The notes: generated by a model not told the origin, from the sequence alone. Shown: positions 50,501 to 61,958, numbered from the stretch's first letter. The stretch is DNA of 64,000 nt from Coleofasciculus chthonoplastes F2-STO-03 (GCA_040222015.1 JAVJWO010000022.1:21720-85719); one strand, 5' to 3'. A program made the numbers and translations.

Positions 50501-51064
50501 TTACTCCAACAACCAAGCCAATAAATCTCCGACTGTAATTTGCAACTCACTGGCAAAAGATGGTACAGGAAGCAATGCTTCTGGCTGATCAAACACTTCA
50601 GTTTCTTGTCTGGGACGATAAACAAACACGGTTTGCTCATCCGGATCAATTAACCAACCCATTTGAGTTTCATACTTCAAACAATGAAGGATGTTTTTCG
50701 TAACTTTTGTTTGGCTTTGATTCGGTGACAAAATTTCAATTGTCCAATCTGGAGCGATAGGAAACGTGTTAGCAACTTGTCCATTGTCGTCACGGGGAAT
50801 CCGGCTACAAACCAAAACAGCGATGTCGGGGACAATTGAACGCCCACCAAAGGTACAACGCAACTCTGGGAACGCACGCGCTATGCGTTTAGGTTTGACA
50901 ACGGCATTAATCGCAGGTACAAGTTCACCTTGAATCGTACTGTGTTTTCCTTGGGGCATCGGTTTTTGAATAATCTTACCATCAATATATTCACTGGCAG
51001 GTTTGGTTTCTGGTTGTTGCAGAAACTCTTCCAGTGTCAAAGGTACGTAAGGTGCTTGTACCAT
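50501..51064 (-). CDS. Uma2/DUF820 family endonuclease
   Basis: EYIDG...KPMP..KH, PELRCTF, VPDIAV, PDWTIEILSP, GWLIDP. Confidence 0.92.
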   Translation of the reverse strand: MVQAPYVPLTLEEFLQQPETKPASEYIDGKIIQKPMPQGKHSTIQGELVPAINAVVKPKRIARAFPELRCTFGGRSIVPDIAVLVCSRIPRDDNGQVANTFPIAPDWTIEILSPNQSQTKVTKNILHCLKYETQMGWLIDPDEQTVFVYRPRQETEVFDQPEALLPVPSFASELQITVGDLLAWLLE

Positions 51065-51132
51065 TTGGGGTTGCCTCCAAGACTGACAGACTGATTCTTA
51101 TTAGAGTACATCAACTATTCAATTCCTAATTC

Positions 51133-51747
51133 TTAATCCTTCGCTAACACACCATTAAGGAAAATATCAGCAATGCCTTCTGCCATGTCTTGTACATCTT
51201 TGAGGGAAGCGCCTGGTTCCATAATCGTCTCATCGCTAAACCCGGCTACTGCAAACATCCCTAAAAATACCCTCGCCACCACCTTGGGATTAGTCCGCCG
51301 ATAGATCCCGCGTTCCATTGCCGTTTCAAAGAACGCTTCCGCCACATCGGACATTTTAGCAATGACTTCCGACTGGATGCGATCGCGTAAATCGGGGTGA
51401 AACTGGGCTTCCATAAAGCAAACCCGCATCATATCCGCATTTTCATGCATCCGCATCATCCGTCGCCGCATCACCTGCGCCACAGCTTTATAACTCCCCA
51501 TTTCGCTCAATTCCGTCAGCAAATCCGTGAGCAATTCCACCCATCCTTGGGTCGCCACCTCGACTAATATGGCTTTTTTATTCTCAAAATGGCGAAATAG
51601 AGTCCCTTCCGCGACACCCGCTTTTGCCGCCAAGTCACGGGTTGTTGTCCCGTTATACCCTCGACTAGCAAATAAACGTTGGGCAGCATCTAGGATACGC
51701 TGCTTTGTCTCTGTCTCTGAGTGAGGGGGCTGATGTAAGATTCGCAT
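51133..51747 (-). CDS. TetR/AcrR family transcriptional regulator
   Basis: ILDAAQRLFASRGY..TT..LA..AGVAEGTLFRHFENK. Confidence 0.93.
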   Translation of the reverse strand: MRILHQPPHSETETKQRILDAAQRLFASRGYNGTTTRDLAAKAGVAEGTLFRHFENKKAILVEVATQGWVELLTDLLTELSEMGSYKAVAQVMRRRMMRMHENADMMRVCFMEAQFHPDLRDRIQSEVIAKMSDVAEAFFETAMERGIYRRTNPKVVARVFLGMFAVAGFSDETIMEPGASLKDVQDMAEGIADIFLNGVLAKD

Positions 51748-52020
51748 TGGCTTCCAAATGAGCTGTAAGGGCTATGGGCGACAGGTCATCTATTCCAGAA
51801 AAGGCACGCTTTTAAGATTAGACGTATTTTACACTAGGTTATTTCTTCCCCCAAACGGGTGAAAATTTACAAAAAGTTAGTTGTCATGAACGACAAGTCG
51901 CATGATAGGAGGAAGCTGGGGAAGCTGGGGAAGCTAAACTATATAAAGTCCTATGGCATTTCGCCTCCCCTAACCTAAATTAAAAATGACGAATGACATA
52001 AGACGAATGACGAATGACAA

Positions 52021-53610
52021 ATGACCAAGAGATCTATTTTGCGTTTTCTACGTTGGACTGTTCACTTGAGAAAATACCCCTGGCGCTCCATCCTCGGAGC
52101 GTTCTTAGTCCTAACTCTAGTATGGAGTAGTATCCCGTTGGGGGCTTTAGCTCGCAGCGAAACCCCACCGACGAATGCCCAATCAATCCAACCTTACTTG
52201 GATGGCGTCGTTGATCAGGTGACGGAGTTTAGCCTCGATAATGGGATGAAGTTTATCGTTCTCGAACGGCATCAAGCCCCCGTTGTCTCCTTTGCCACCT
52301 ATGCTGATGTCGGTGGTGTTGATGAACCTGTAGGCAAAACGGGTGTGGCTCACTTTCTGGAACATTTAGCCTTTAAGGGCACCCAGCAAATCGGCACCCG
52401 AAATTATCAAGCAGAAAAACCCCTGTTAAACCGCTTGGATCAGTTAGCGGCACAAATTAAAGCCGCGAAAAAAGCCGGTAACGAGGCAAAGGTTGCCCAA
52501 TTAAAAGAGGAGTTTGCCCAAGTTGAAGCCCAAGCCGCTAGCTTGGTCAAGCAAAATGAGTTGGGTCAAATTGTTGAACAAGCTGGAGGTGTCGGATTAA
52601 ATGCCGCTACCTCCGCCGATGCAACGGTTTATTTCTACAGCTTCCCCTCCAACAAACTGGAACTGTGGATGTCTTTGGAGTCGGAACGCTTTCTAGAACC
52701 CGTGTTCCGTGAATTTTATAAAGAACAAGAGGTGATTCTGGAAGAACGGCGTCTGCGAACCGACAACTCGCCCATCGGTAAAATGATCGAGGCTTTTCTG
52801 GATACCGCGTTCCAAGTCCATCCCTATCGGCGTCCTGTGATTGGGTATGACGAAGACATCCGCAACCTGACTCGCGACGATGTGCGGCAATTCTTTGAAA
52901 CCCATTATGTTCCCAGTGAATTAACCATCGCCGTTGTTGGTGATGTTGATCCCGACGAGGTTAAAGCGTTAGCTCAAACGTACTTCGGACGCTATGAAGC
53001 AAAACCCGCCGCCTCTGAAGTCAGCATTGTCGAACCTCCCCAGCAACAAACGCGGGAGGTGACGTTGGAATTACCATCTCAACCCTGGTATTTAGAAGGA
53101 TACCATCGACCCTCTCGAACCCATCCTGACCATGTAGTTTATGAAATTATCGGGCGTTTACTCAGCGATGGTCGCACTTCTCGCCTGTATAAATCCTTGG
53201 TTGAAGAACAGCAAGTTGCGCTTTCAGCAGCAGGATTTAGCGGGTTTCCGGGAGATAAATATCCAAATCTGATGTTGTTATATGCCCTAACGGCACCGGG
53301 ACATACTGTTGAAGAAGTAGCGACAGCCCTAGGAGAAGAAATTGAGCAACTCAAAACCGAACCTGTTTCAGCCCAAGAGTTGGAACGAGTAAAAACCCAA
53401 GCCCGTGCTGGCTTATTGCGATCGCTCGATTCTAATATGGGAATGGCACGTAATTTAGTTGAATATCAGGTGAAAACAGGCGACTGGCGGAATCTGTTTA
53501 ATGAAATCCAGGCAATCGCCCAAGTTACACCTGCTGATATCCAACGGGTGGCTCAAGAGACGTTCACGCCGGAAAATCGTACTATTGGACGGTTGTTATC
53601 GAGTCAATAG
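52021..53610 (+). CDS. M16 (pitrilysin) family peptidase, catalytic subunit
   Basis: HFLEH zinc motif, LDNGM, NAATS, ESERF, EERR, HPYRRPVIG. Confidence 0.92.
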   Translation: MTKRSILRFLRWTVHLRKYPWRSILGAFLVLTLVWSSIPLGALARSETPPTNAQSIQPYLDGVVDQVTEFSLDNGMKFIVLERHQAPVVSFATYADVGGVDEPVGKTGVAHFLEHLAFKGTQQIGTRNYQAEKPLLNRLDQLAAQIKAAKKAGNEAKVAQLKEEFAQVEAQAASLVKQNELGQIVEQAGGVGLNAATSADATVYFYSFPSNKLELWMSLESERFLEPVFREFYKEQEVILEERRLRTDNSPIGKMIEAFLDTAFQVHPYRRPVIGYDEDIRNLTRDDVRQFFETHYVPSELTIAVVGDVDPDEVKALAQTYFGRYEAKPAASEVSIVEPPQQQTREVTLELPSQPWYLEGYHRPSRTHPDHVVYEIIGRLLSDGRTSRLYKSLVEEQQVALSAAGFSGFPGDKYPNLMLLYALTAPGHTVEEVATALGEEIEQLKTEPVSAQELERVKTQARAGLLRSLDSNMGMARNLVEYQVKTGDWRNLFNEIQAIAQVTPADIQRVAQETFTPENRTIGRLLSSQ

Positions 53611-53876
53611 TTCGTTGTCATTGGTTATTTGTTATTGGGTTGAATCTGTTGTCTTGCGAATTGTTTTTTTAACGCAGAGGACGCAGAGGTTAACGCAGAG
53701 TAACGCAGAGGTTTTTGCGGTGTGTTAATAGGGGATGTTTCTGTTTATTGTGGGAGAATGTTTGGGAAAACTGATTGGGGCGGTGGGTGGAAATACAGTC
53801 AGTTTTATTCGGTTGTGTTAATGGTTCTAAATCTCTGACAAATGACAAAGGACAAATGACGAAGGACAAATGACAA

Positions 53877-55358
53877 ATGAGTAATCTTACATTGAACAGA
53901 TTCGGTCGAAAAGTCTGGCGCTGGTGTGGACTACTGGTTGCCACAATGCTATTGGTTGTCGTATCGCGCACGCCTGCTGTGGCGGCTACGGCAAAACACT
54001 ATACCGAGTTAACTTTTCCCCCTCTGTCAGAGATTAAAATTCCGGAGTATACTCGCTATCAACTTGATAATGGCATCGTTATCTATTTAATGGAAGACCA
54101 CGAATTGCCCTTGGTGAGTGGAACAGCGATGATTCGGACAGGCGATCGCCTGGAACCCCCTGATCAGGTTGGTTTAGCCAATATTACTGGAGAAGTCCTC
54201 CGCACAGGCGGGACAACAGAACATTCGCCGGATGAACTGAATCAGTTACTCGAACAACGGGCGGCGTCTGTGGAAACAGGGATTAGCACGTCAAGTGGTA
54301 GCGCCAGTTTCAATGCCCTCAGCGAAGATGTGGATATGGTGTTTGACTTATTTGCTGAGGTGATTCAAAAGCCTGCCTTTGCTGAAGATAAGCTGGAGTT
54401 GGCGAAAAAGCAACAAGCGGGACAAATTGCCCGTCGCAATGATGATCCTAAAGATATTGCCAGTCGCGAATTTACTAAACTGATTTATGGTGAGCAGAGT
54501 CCTTATGCCCGCACTATTGAATATGAGACCCTAGCCAATATCTCCCGTGACGATATGGTGGAATTTTATCAGACCTATTTCCATCCCGAACGGATGATTT
54601 TGGGTATCGTGGGGGATTTTGATTCAGACAAGATGCGATCGCGGATTCAGGAGAAGTTTAGTACCTGGAACCTCTCATCACCTCCCCCAGAGATAACGGT
54701 ACCCTCTGCGTCTCAGGCAAAGGCAGACGGTTTATTTGTCGTGAATCAGGCTCAACTCACCCAAAGTTATGTGTATCTGGGACATATTGGCGGAGAATTT
54801 GATAACCCTGATTATCCGGCGTTGGATGTGATGAATCAAATCCTGAATGGGTTTGGTGGACGGTTATTTAATGAAGTGCGATCGCGCCAAGGTTTAGCCT
54901 ATTCCGTCTATGGCTTCTGGAGTCCTCGCCACGACTATCCTGGCATGTTTGTTGCAGGCGGACAAACTCGTTCTGAAGCAACGGTATCTTTTATTCAAGC
55001 GATTCGCTCAGAAATTGAGAAAATTCGCACCACCCCTGTAACTCCTGAAGAACTGGCGTCTGCTAAAGACCAAGTCCTGAACTCATTTGTCTTTAATTTC
55101 CAAGATCCCAGCCAAACCTTATCACGGCTGATGCGGTATGAATATTATGGGTACCCCGAAGATTTTCTTTTCCGCTATCAGCAGAAGGTGAAAGAGACGA
55201 CGATTGAAGATGTGCAACGGGTGGCGCAAAAGTATCTCCAACCTAATCAACTGGTTACGTTAGTTGTTGGTAATACCAACGCGATTCAGCCTCCCTTAAC
55301 CAGTCTGTCTAACAATGTCACATCGTTAGATATCACCATTCCCGAACAAAGCAGTTAG
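53877..55358 (+). CDS. M16 family peptidase, non-catalytic partner subunit
   Basis: LDNGI..EDHELP, no HXXEH, RLFNEVRSRQGLAY motif. Confidence 0.9.
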   Translation: MSNLTLNRFGRKVWRWCGLLVATMLLVVVSRTPAVAATAKHYTELTFPPLSEIKIPEYTRYQLDNGIVIYLMEDHELPLVSGTAMIRTGDRLEPPDQVGLANITGEVLRTGGTTEHSPDELNQLLEQRAASVETGISTSSGSASFNALSEDVDMVFDLFAEVIQKPAFAEDKLELAKKQQAGQIARRNDDPKDIASREFTKLIYGEQSPYARTIEYETLANISRDDMVEFYQTYFHPERMILGIVGDFDSDKMRSRIQEKFSTWNLSSPPPEITVPSASQAKADGLFVVNQAQLTQSYVYLGHIGGEFDNPDYPALDVMNQILNGFGGRLFNEVRSRQGLAYSVYGFWSPRHDYPGMFVAGGQTRSEATVSFIQAIRSEIEKIRTTPVTPEELASAKDQVLNSFVFNFQDPSQTLSRLMRYEYYGYPEDFLFRYQQKVKETTIEDVQRVAQKYLQPNQLVTLVVGNTNAIQPPLTSLSNNVTSLDITIPEQSS

Positions 55359-55486
55359 CGGTTAAACCTGTAGGGGCGGGTTTTACTGATAACCTTCGGT
55401 TGATATCCGATAACTTGACTAAACCCGCCCTTCTAAACCAACATAGGACGAATGACTAATGACGAATGACTAATGACCAATAACCA

Positions 55487-56302
55487 ATGACACCGACCCA
55501 GTTATTAATTTTCGCATCTGCTGGCTTATTTGCCGGAATCCTAGCCGGCTTTTTGGGAATCGGTGGCGGTACAGTGCTTGTACCTTTATTGGTAACCTTA
55601 GGATATGACTATCAACAAGCCGTTGCCACAAGCACCCTGTCAATCGTGATTACAGCGATTTCGGGTACATTACAGAATTGGCGGCTGGGTAACATAAATT
55701 TTAAACGCATCATTGCCATTGGCTTTCCGGCGATAATAACAGCGCCGATTGGCGCTTATTTAACCGAATTATTTGCCGACTACTGGTTAAAGGCGGCATT
55801 TGGACTATTACTCCTAATTAATATTTACTTAGTGCGACTTCGCAAACGTTTGAAAGAACGAGAAAAGCAAAACGCTTCAGAAACGGAAAATCAACGACAA
55901 ACTCCGCACTCGAAAAGCAAAGCAGCATTAGCCATAATTGGCACAGGAAGTACCGCAGGCTTACTCGCTGGTGTATTTGGTGTGGGTGGAGGTGTGATTA
56001 TGGTTCCCTTGCAAATTTTACTGTTGGGAGAGAGCATTAAAACGGCAATTCAAACCAGTTTAGGCGTAATTGTAATCACCGCAATTTCGGCTTGTGTCAG
56101 TCATGCTGTACAGGGGAATGTGTTATGGATTGAGGGATTACTGCTTGGTACAGGAGGTTTATTGGGAGCCCAAATTAGTACCCGTTTTTTGCCCAAATTA
56201 CCGGAGCGGGTGGTTAGTTTAGCATTTAGTACATTACTGGCTATCTTAGCCATTTACTTTTTCTGGCAGGCATGGCAAAGTTATATAGGGTCTGCTGAAT
56301 AA
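55487..56302 (+). CDS. TSUP (TauE/SafE) family membrane protein
   Basis: Two repeats GFLGIGGG..VP and GVFGVGGG..VP; ATS/TSL motifs. Confidence 0.9.
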   Translation: MTPTQLLIFASAGLFAGILAGFLGIGGGTVLVPLLVTLGYDYQQAVATSTLSIVITAISGTLQNWRLGNINFKRIIAIGFPAIITAPIGAYLTELFADYWLKAAFGLLLLINIYLVRLRKRLKEREKQNASETENQRQTPHSKSKAALAIIGTGSTAGLLAGVFGVGGGVIMVPLQILLLGESIKTAIQTSLGVIVITAISACVSHAVQGNVLWIEGLLLGTGGLLGAQISTRFLPKLPERVVSLAFSTLLAILAIYFFWQAWQSYIGSAE

Positions 56303-56501
56303 ATTTTGTGGTGAGGGGAGGGAACAGGGAACAGGGAACAGGGAACAGTTTCAACCCCCGGTTGGGGGAAGATTCTGCGCTCGCGGAGGTGAAAATTCAA
56401 GGATGCAAGAGCGTAATGGTTTAAAAACCTTGCACTTGTTGGGTTAAAAAATGGCTTTAAACCCTTGCATAGTATAGCTTCCCGATTAATTCAGCAAGCC
56501 C
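56288..56501. mobile_element. MITE with GGGTCTGCTGAAT / ATTCAGCAAGCCC ends and internal (GGGAACA)n
   Basis: Imperfect 13-bp TIRs, TATATA on both flanks. Confidence 0.7.
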
Positions 56502-56554
56502 TATATAAATGGGGTCTGATATCAAATCCGGGTTAGCCACCCCCTTTATAATCT

Positions 56555-56606
56555 AGTCCGCGCAGGCGGACTTTGTTTGTGTAGCAGCGATTTCAATCGC
56601 CTCCTC
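56555..56606. repeat. Dispersed 52-bp palindromic repeat (copy 2)
   Basis: Matches 1435-1486 with one mismatch. Confidence 0.85.
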
Positions 56607-56808
56607 AAAAAGGGGTTTCTTGAAGTTCCTTGATCTTCTTCGTCATCTATAGAATATATATAAGGTGAATTCACATAAGCTTGCAAATCTTCAATGGCTC
56701 CGGTTTTATCTCCGATTAAAGCTTTAGCAATGCCTCGATTAGTGTTAATGGTGCGTTACGCTGCGCTAACGCACCCTACAGATACAGATAGAAGCTATAT
56801 GTCAGTCT

Positions 56809-56911
56809 TAAGCTGTTCGGCATTTAAACCTTAATGTCAATAATAGCGAAATCCTTGTAGTGCGAGCATCTTGCTCGCTACCAATTCCCAATTTAAATGC
56901 ATGACAGCTTA
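56809..56911. mobile_element. ~103-bp MITE (TAAGCTGT..GCATTTAAA ... TTTAAATGC..ACAGCTTA)
   Basis: About 20-bp imperfect TIRs, internal GCGAGCATCTTGCTCGC hairpin; partial copies at 19066-19155 and 24801-24861. Confidence 0.75.
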
Positions 56912-57037
56912 TTGTATGGAAGCGATCTGCTTGAGATAGGGTAATTTAATCAGTCTGATATCATGTCCGGTGGAATACTTACACTATTGGTGAAGACAAA
57001 ATGACTAAGGATTCCAGTTTTGTGCCGCAAACCTTAC

Positions 57038-57649
57038 TTATACTTCATTTTGATGAGAAATGCCACTCGCTAAAATACCAAGAATTTTATCTACATCTTT
57101 GAGATAATATTCGCTTAAATCAATGGACAAGGTTTGCCCGTCTAATTTGAGAAATTGCCAAATACTACCCGTCGTCACCGCACCGTAAATTGTTTTAATT
57201 TCAGTTGCCGATCGCTGATTAAAAATTTGGGACGCAACCATTGCCGCCGCACACTGACCTAGTCCAGCATTAATATTCTCTTTTTTGGCTTCTATAATTG
57301 TAATGACTGGTGCTGTTACTATCAGGATTTCTGGGGATTGAGTGATAATAAAATCACAGACTCCATTTAATCCTTTGTCTTTATCTACAGTAAAATCTAC
57401 TCCAGAGAATAAATTTATTTGCTCATTTAATTGTCGGCGTAAATCAACTAATATGGGTGCTATAATGAGTTCTGAACGAGCTTTTTCACTATTACTAGCT
57501 AATGCAATCGGTAGGTTATAGTTGAGAATTTCTGCCAGTAATGTACTGGTGGCTAATTCAGGACTATCGGCGAAAATATCACGTTTTTCTAACGTAGTTA
57601 AGCCGAACTCTTGTTTGGCTTTAGTTAAAGTAAAGTCGCTGTAAGACAT
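57038..57649 (-). CDS. Conserved hypothetical protein, probable PD-(D/E)XK fold
   Basis: SEKARSELIIAPIL, GVCDF, IIEAKK, GQCAA.M, YGAVTTG..WQF. Confidence 0.75.
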   Translation of the reverse strand: MSYSDFTLTKAKQEFGLTTLEKRDIFADSPELATSTLLAEILNYNLPIALASNSEKARSELIIAPILVDLRRQLNEQINLFSGVDFTVDKDKGLNGVCDFIITQSPEILIVTAPVITIIEAKKENINAGLGQCAAAMVASQIFNQRSATEIKTIYGAVTTGSIWQFLKLDGQTLSIDLSEYYLKDVDKILGILASGISHQNEV

Positions 57650-57708
57650 AAGATGATTATGGATGGTAACAACAGTTATCCTGATCGCCCTGAATTGGTA
57701 GAAATGTC

Positions 57709-58566
57709 TTACCGGTGATCAACAGAGGGTGAGAAAAATTGCGATCGCGCGGCTTGAGTGTCTTGCAGGTGCTGTTCTAAGCCTTGCCAGTCGCTTTGCT
57801 CAACCCGTTCAATCAATTCATCGAGACGGTGGCGATAGGATAAGAGCGATCGCAATAAAAAGTCCCGATTATAACGTGCCATCATCACCCCTAACTCCGG
57901 ATTTCCGCCACCCACCCGACTGGTATCCCGAAACCCGGAACTGGCTAACTGCTGCACTAACTCCAGGACAATCGGGTCAGTTTCATCGATACAAGCATTA
58001 ATTAAACTAGCACTCACCATAACTGGCAGGTGAGAAATCCAAGCCACGGCGCGATCATGATCCTGAGGGCTACAGAAATAAACCCGATTGGTGAGCGATC
58101 GCACCAAATGCTCCACCTGTTTTACAGCGGCGGTTGGTGTCGTATCCAGAGGTGTCAACACATAAGGACAATCCGTAAATAACCCCGATACCGCCGCCTC
58201 AATCCCATTCGATTCTCGACCCGCCATCGGATGTCCACCGACAAAATTATGCCACAGGGGGGTTACCGCTTCCACCACCGCCGTTTTCACTGAACCCACA
58301 TCCGTGATGATGGTTTCAGGGGATAGATGGGGAATTAACGCCTGAAGCGTTGGCGCGATCGCAGAAATTGGCGTACAAATAAAAATAATATCAGACGCTG
58401 CCAAAAGGTTCATTTTGACACTCGCGTCATCCACGACACCGAGTTCAATGGCTCTGTTGCAGGTATAGTCTTGGCGAGACACTCCCAAGACAGAATGACC
58501 ATCATTTCTCAAATCTAGTCCCAGAGAACCCCCAATCAGTCCAAGTCCAACAATTCCAATCTTCAT
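57709..58566 (-). CDS. tyrA: Prephenate/arogenate dehydrogenase
   Basis: GLGLIGGS, TDVGSVK, GGHPMAG, HDRAVAWISHLP, GFRDTSR. Confidence 0.95.
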   Translation of the reverse strand: MKIGIVGLGLIGGSLGLDLRNDGHSVLGVSRQDYTCNRAIELGVVDDASVKMNLLAASDIIFICTPISAIAPTLQALIPHLSPETIITDVGSVKTAVVEAVTPLWHNFVGGHPMAGRESNGIEAAVSGLFTDCPYVLTPLDTTPTAAVKQVEHLVRSLTNRVYFCSPQDHDRAVAWISHLPVMVSASLINACIDETDPIVLELVQQLASSGFRDTSRVGGGNPELGVMMARYNRDFLLRSLLSYRHRLDELIERVEQSDWQGLEQHLQDTQAARSQFFSPSVDHR

Positions 58567-58855
58567 AATCCCATGCCATCCACGCTAAGCTAATCAAATC
58601 ATCTCAAATTCAGTTTTTTTTAGGCAAAGCTGGAGTGGGAGAGTCTTCGCACCCTTCCCAACTATCATCGTTTGACTCTAGCGCTACCCTTGACCAGTGG
58701 GAGAGGATAAGCACCATAAGGGAGAATGACTTTAACCGATCCCACTCAACTCTACCTTGACACTCTACTGGGAAACTTGATCCGATAACAACACCAATGG
58801 GTAGCGCTTTCGGTGAAAACGTATCCTCTGGCAGTTCAATTAAGGGATAGCATTA

Positions 58856-60292
58856 ATGAATGTGACGGCAATTCTCAAAAAATATGCGGCTGGCGTGAAA
58901 AACTTTTCCGGTGCAAACCTTGCCGAAGCCAATCTGAGTGGGATTAATCTCAGTGGTGCCGATTTAAGTGAAGCCAACTTAAGTGTAGCCAACCTCAGTG
59001 GTGCTTATTTAATTGGAACTAATTTAAGTCGGGCGCGACTGAATGTAGCCAGACTCAGTGGTGCAAATCTTACCAAAGCCAACTTAACCAAAGCCAATCT
59101 CAACGTTGCCAATTTGATTCGAGCGGACTTGGGGGGAGCGCAACTGACGCAGGCGGCGATGATTCGGGCGGAACTAATTCGTGCCAAGTTAAGTGGTGCC
59201 ACCCTCACAGAAGCGAACCTCAGTGGGGCGGATCTGCGAGAAGCCGCCCTCAGAGATACCAAACTGCAACGGGCTAATCTGAGCGAAGCCAACCTACGTG
59301 GGGCGTTTGTCACCGGGGCAAATCTAGAAGGTGCCAATTTAAACGCCGCCGATTTGAGCCGTAGTGATCTGAGTAATAGCAATTTTCGTCACGCTGAATT
59401 CAAGCAAGCCAATCTCAGTTGCGCCAATTTAGCCGGTGCGGATCTCAGTGGTGCGAACTTGCGCTGGACTGATTTGAGTGGTGCGAATCTCAGTTGGGCA
59501 AATCTGAGTGAGGCGAAATTAAGTGGTGCAAATTTAACCGGGGCAGATTTGACTCATGCCAATTTGCTTAATACCAGTTTAGTTTATGCGGATTTGACCC
59601 AAGCGCGATTAATTCATGCCGATTGGATTGGAGCGGACTTAACCGGGGCAACGCTCACGGGAGCAAAATTGCATGGCGTGTCTCGTGTGGGTCTCAAAAC
59701 CCAAGGGATTGTCTGCGAGTGGGTTGATTTGAGTCCAGAGGGCGATCACAGCCGGGTGGTTAACCTTTCAACGGAAGAAATATCCCACAAGTTTTTTAAC
59801 GAAACCCTACCCACGGTCACGATTCTGATTGATGCTCCTTTAGATATAGCCGCGAATTTAGCCTTAGTCCGTGTTTATGATCAACTAGCGCAGATTTTTC
59901 CCGTTCTCAATACAGCACCCAACGTGAATGTTGGTGTGCGGAAAACCTCTTTGACCTTTAGTGCCAGTAATTCTGAATTATTGATTATTGCTTACTTAGG
60001 CATTGTCCCGTTTAACGATGCAACGATTACTCAGCAAAATATTATCACATTGCTCAATAAGCTAGAAGATGGTGTTCGGGAAAAGTGGGGATTTACAACG
60101 TCCCAATCCATTCAAGAGTTCCAGCAAACTCTGAACCAAGGGATTGACCAGTCAAAAATGGCAGTGGATTTTAGGAAGTCGAGTCCTTTCTTCCAAGCTC
60201 CCACTCAAACCATCATCACCAACTCTCACAATCAAACCTGGACAGCTTACGACCATCCCGCCTTTGGTAAGCCGTTGATGAAATCTCAATAG
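58856..60292 (+). CDS. Pentapeptide repeat protein with C-terminal domain
   Basis: Long run of A(N/D)LXX repeats over roughly the first 280 aa. Confidence 0.93.
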   Translation: MNVTAILKKYAAGVKNFSGANLAEANLSGINLSGADLSEANLSVANLSGAYLIGTNLSRARLNVARLSGANLTKANLTKANLNVANLIRADLGGAQLTQAAMIRAELIRAKLSGATLTEANLSGADLREAALRDTKLQRANLSEANLRGAFVTGANLEGANLNAADLSRSDLSNSNFRHAEFKQANLSCANLAGADLSGANLRWTDLSGANLSWANLSEAKLSGANLTGADLTHANLLNTSLVYADLTQARLIHADWIGADLTGATLTGAKLHGVSRVGLKTQGIVCEWVDLSPEGDHSRVVNLSTEEISHKFFNETLPTVTILIDAPLDIAANLALVRVYDQLAQIFPVLNTAPNVNVGVRKTSLTFSASNSELLIIAYLGIVPFNDATITQQNIITLLNKLEDGVREKWGFTTSQSIQEFQQTLNQGIDQSKMAVDFRKSSPFFQAPTQTIITNSHNQTWTAYDHPAFGKPLMKSQ

Positions 60293-60494
60293 GCAGGGGG
60301 GAGATTAAATTGATCATATCGTTATATTTCGCCCTGATGTCACTAACCCGCCCCGTCTAAACAATGTTGTATTCGCTGTTCGCTGTTCCCTGTTCGCTGT
60401 TCCCTGTTCCCTAACGAATGACGAATGACTGATAACAACCCGAGAAGAAAGTGTTATCCTCCACAGTATTGTGTTGTGTGAGGAAATTCAAGTT

Positions 60495-61958
60495 ATGGTT
60501 ACATCTCCTGTCCGCCGTCAGGACATCCATCGGTTTACCCCCAGACATCTACACAAATCTTCAACTCATGGGATGTTCACGGATTTACCCCTAACTCTGC
60601 CCAAGACTCCCTTATTTGGTACTGATGGGATTCGGGGACGAGTGGGTGAGCTGCTCACCGCCGAATTAACCCGACAAATTGGGTTTTGGGCAGGTCAAGT
60701 CTTACATTCTCAAGCCTCTGCATTGGGTCCGGTGATTGTGGGACAGGATTCGCGCAACTCCAGCGATATGTTGGCATCGGCGTTGAGTAAAGGTTTAAAC
60801 TTAGCTGGATTAGAGGTGTGGAATTTAGGCTTATGTCCCACCCCTGGAGTTGCCTATCTAACCCGTTTCTCAGAAGCCGTAGGAGGGGTAATGATTTCTG
60901 CCAGTCATAATCCCCCAGAAGACAATGGGATTAAATTTTTTAGCGCCCAAGGGACAAAACTGCCAGGGGAATTGCAGCAGCAGATTGAGGCAGGTATCCG
61001 AGGCATAGTGGATACGGCTGTGATTGCTCATACCCCGGGTCAGCATTATCACCGACCCGAATTAGTGGGACGTTATCTGGAATCATTACGGTGTCCCCTG
61101 CAATCTGGAACCCATTTACAGGGGATGAAAATTGTCCTGGATTTGGCGTGGGGGGCGTCGGCAAGGTTAGCAGAACAAGTCTTTTCCGAGTTGGGCGCAA
61201 CAGTTATCTGTTTGCATAATCAACCTGATGGCGATCGCATTAATGTAAATTGTGGCTCTACTCATTTAGCCTGTCTCCAGAAGACGGTACGAGAACAGTC
61301 GGCTGATATGGGGTTTGCCTTTGATGGTGACGCGGATCGAGTGATGGCAGTTGATAGTGAAGGTCGAGTTGTTGATGGCGATTACATTCTCTATTTCTGG
61401 GGACAAACGTTACAACAAAGGAATCAACTCCCGGATGATTTAATTGTTGCCACAGTTATGGCAAACTTGGGCTTTGAACGAGCATGGAAAGCCAGTGGCG
61501 GTAAACTGGTACGAACGGCTGTGGGTGATCAATATGTTCAGGCGGCAATGGATCGCACCGGTGCTATGCTGGGTGGTGAACAGTCGGGACATATTCTTTG
61601 CTACCATTACGGCTTGACGGGTGATGGTATGTTAACGGCTTTGCATTTAGCCTCATTAGTACGGCAGTCGGGGGTTTCCTTAAAAACATTGGTGGATCAA
61701 AGCTTTCAGACTTATCCCCAACTCCTGCAAAATGTGCGCGTCGAAAACCGCGATCGCCGTTTACATTGGCAAGACTGTCAACCCCTGATGGATGCCATTT
61801 CCCAAGCTCAAACCGTAATGGCAGATCAAGGGCGAGTTTTAGTCAGAGCATCGGGAACCGAACCCGTTATCCGGGTGATGGTAGAAGCCGTTGAAGCGCA
61901 AATGGTAACGCACTGGACAGCCAAACTGGTTTCTGTTGTGGAAAAACATTTAAGTTGA
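60495..61958 (+). CDS. glmM: Phosphoglucosamine mutase
   Basis: [37 protein letters not shown]; start uncertain. Confidence 0.93.
   Translation: MVTSPVRRQDIHRFTPRHLHKSSTHGMFTDLPLTLPKTPLFGTDGIRGRVGELLTAELTRQIGFWAGQVLHSQASALGPVIVGQDSRNSSDMLASALSKGLNLAGLEVWNLGLCPTPGVAYLTRFSEAVGGVMISASHNPPEDNGIKFFSAQGTKLPGELQQQIEAGIRGIVDTAVIAHTPGQHYHRPELVGRYLESLRCPLQSGTHLQGMKIVLDLAWGASARLAEQVFSELGATVICLHNQPDGDRINVNCGSTHLACLQKTVREQSADMGFAFDGDADRVMAVDSEGRVVDGDYILYFWGQTLQQRNQLPDDLIVATVMANLGFERAWKASGGKLVRTAVGDQYVQAAMDRTGAMLGGEQSGHILCYHYGLTGDGMLTALHLASLVRQSGVSLKTLVDQSFQTYPQLLQNVRVENRDRRLHWQDCQPLMDAISQAQTVMADQGRVLVRASGTEPVIRVMVEAVEAQMVTHWTAKLVSVVEKHLS

Noticed and set aside
56348..56372. GTTTCAACCCCCGGTTGGGGG, resembling a cyanobacterial CRISPR repeat start
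   Set aside because: Single copy inside a MITE, with no repeat-spacer periodicity
45103..57649. Defence island made of Rpn, Uma2 and PD-(D/E)XK genes
   Set aside because: The genes are scattered among housekeeping genes and belong to families commonly expanded in cyanobacteria
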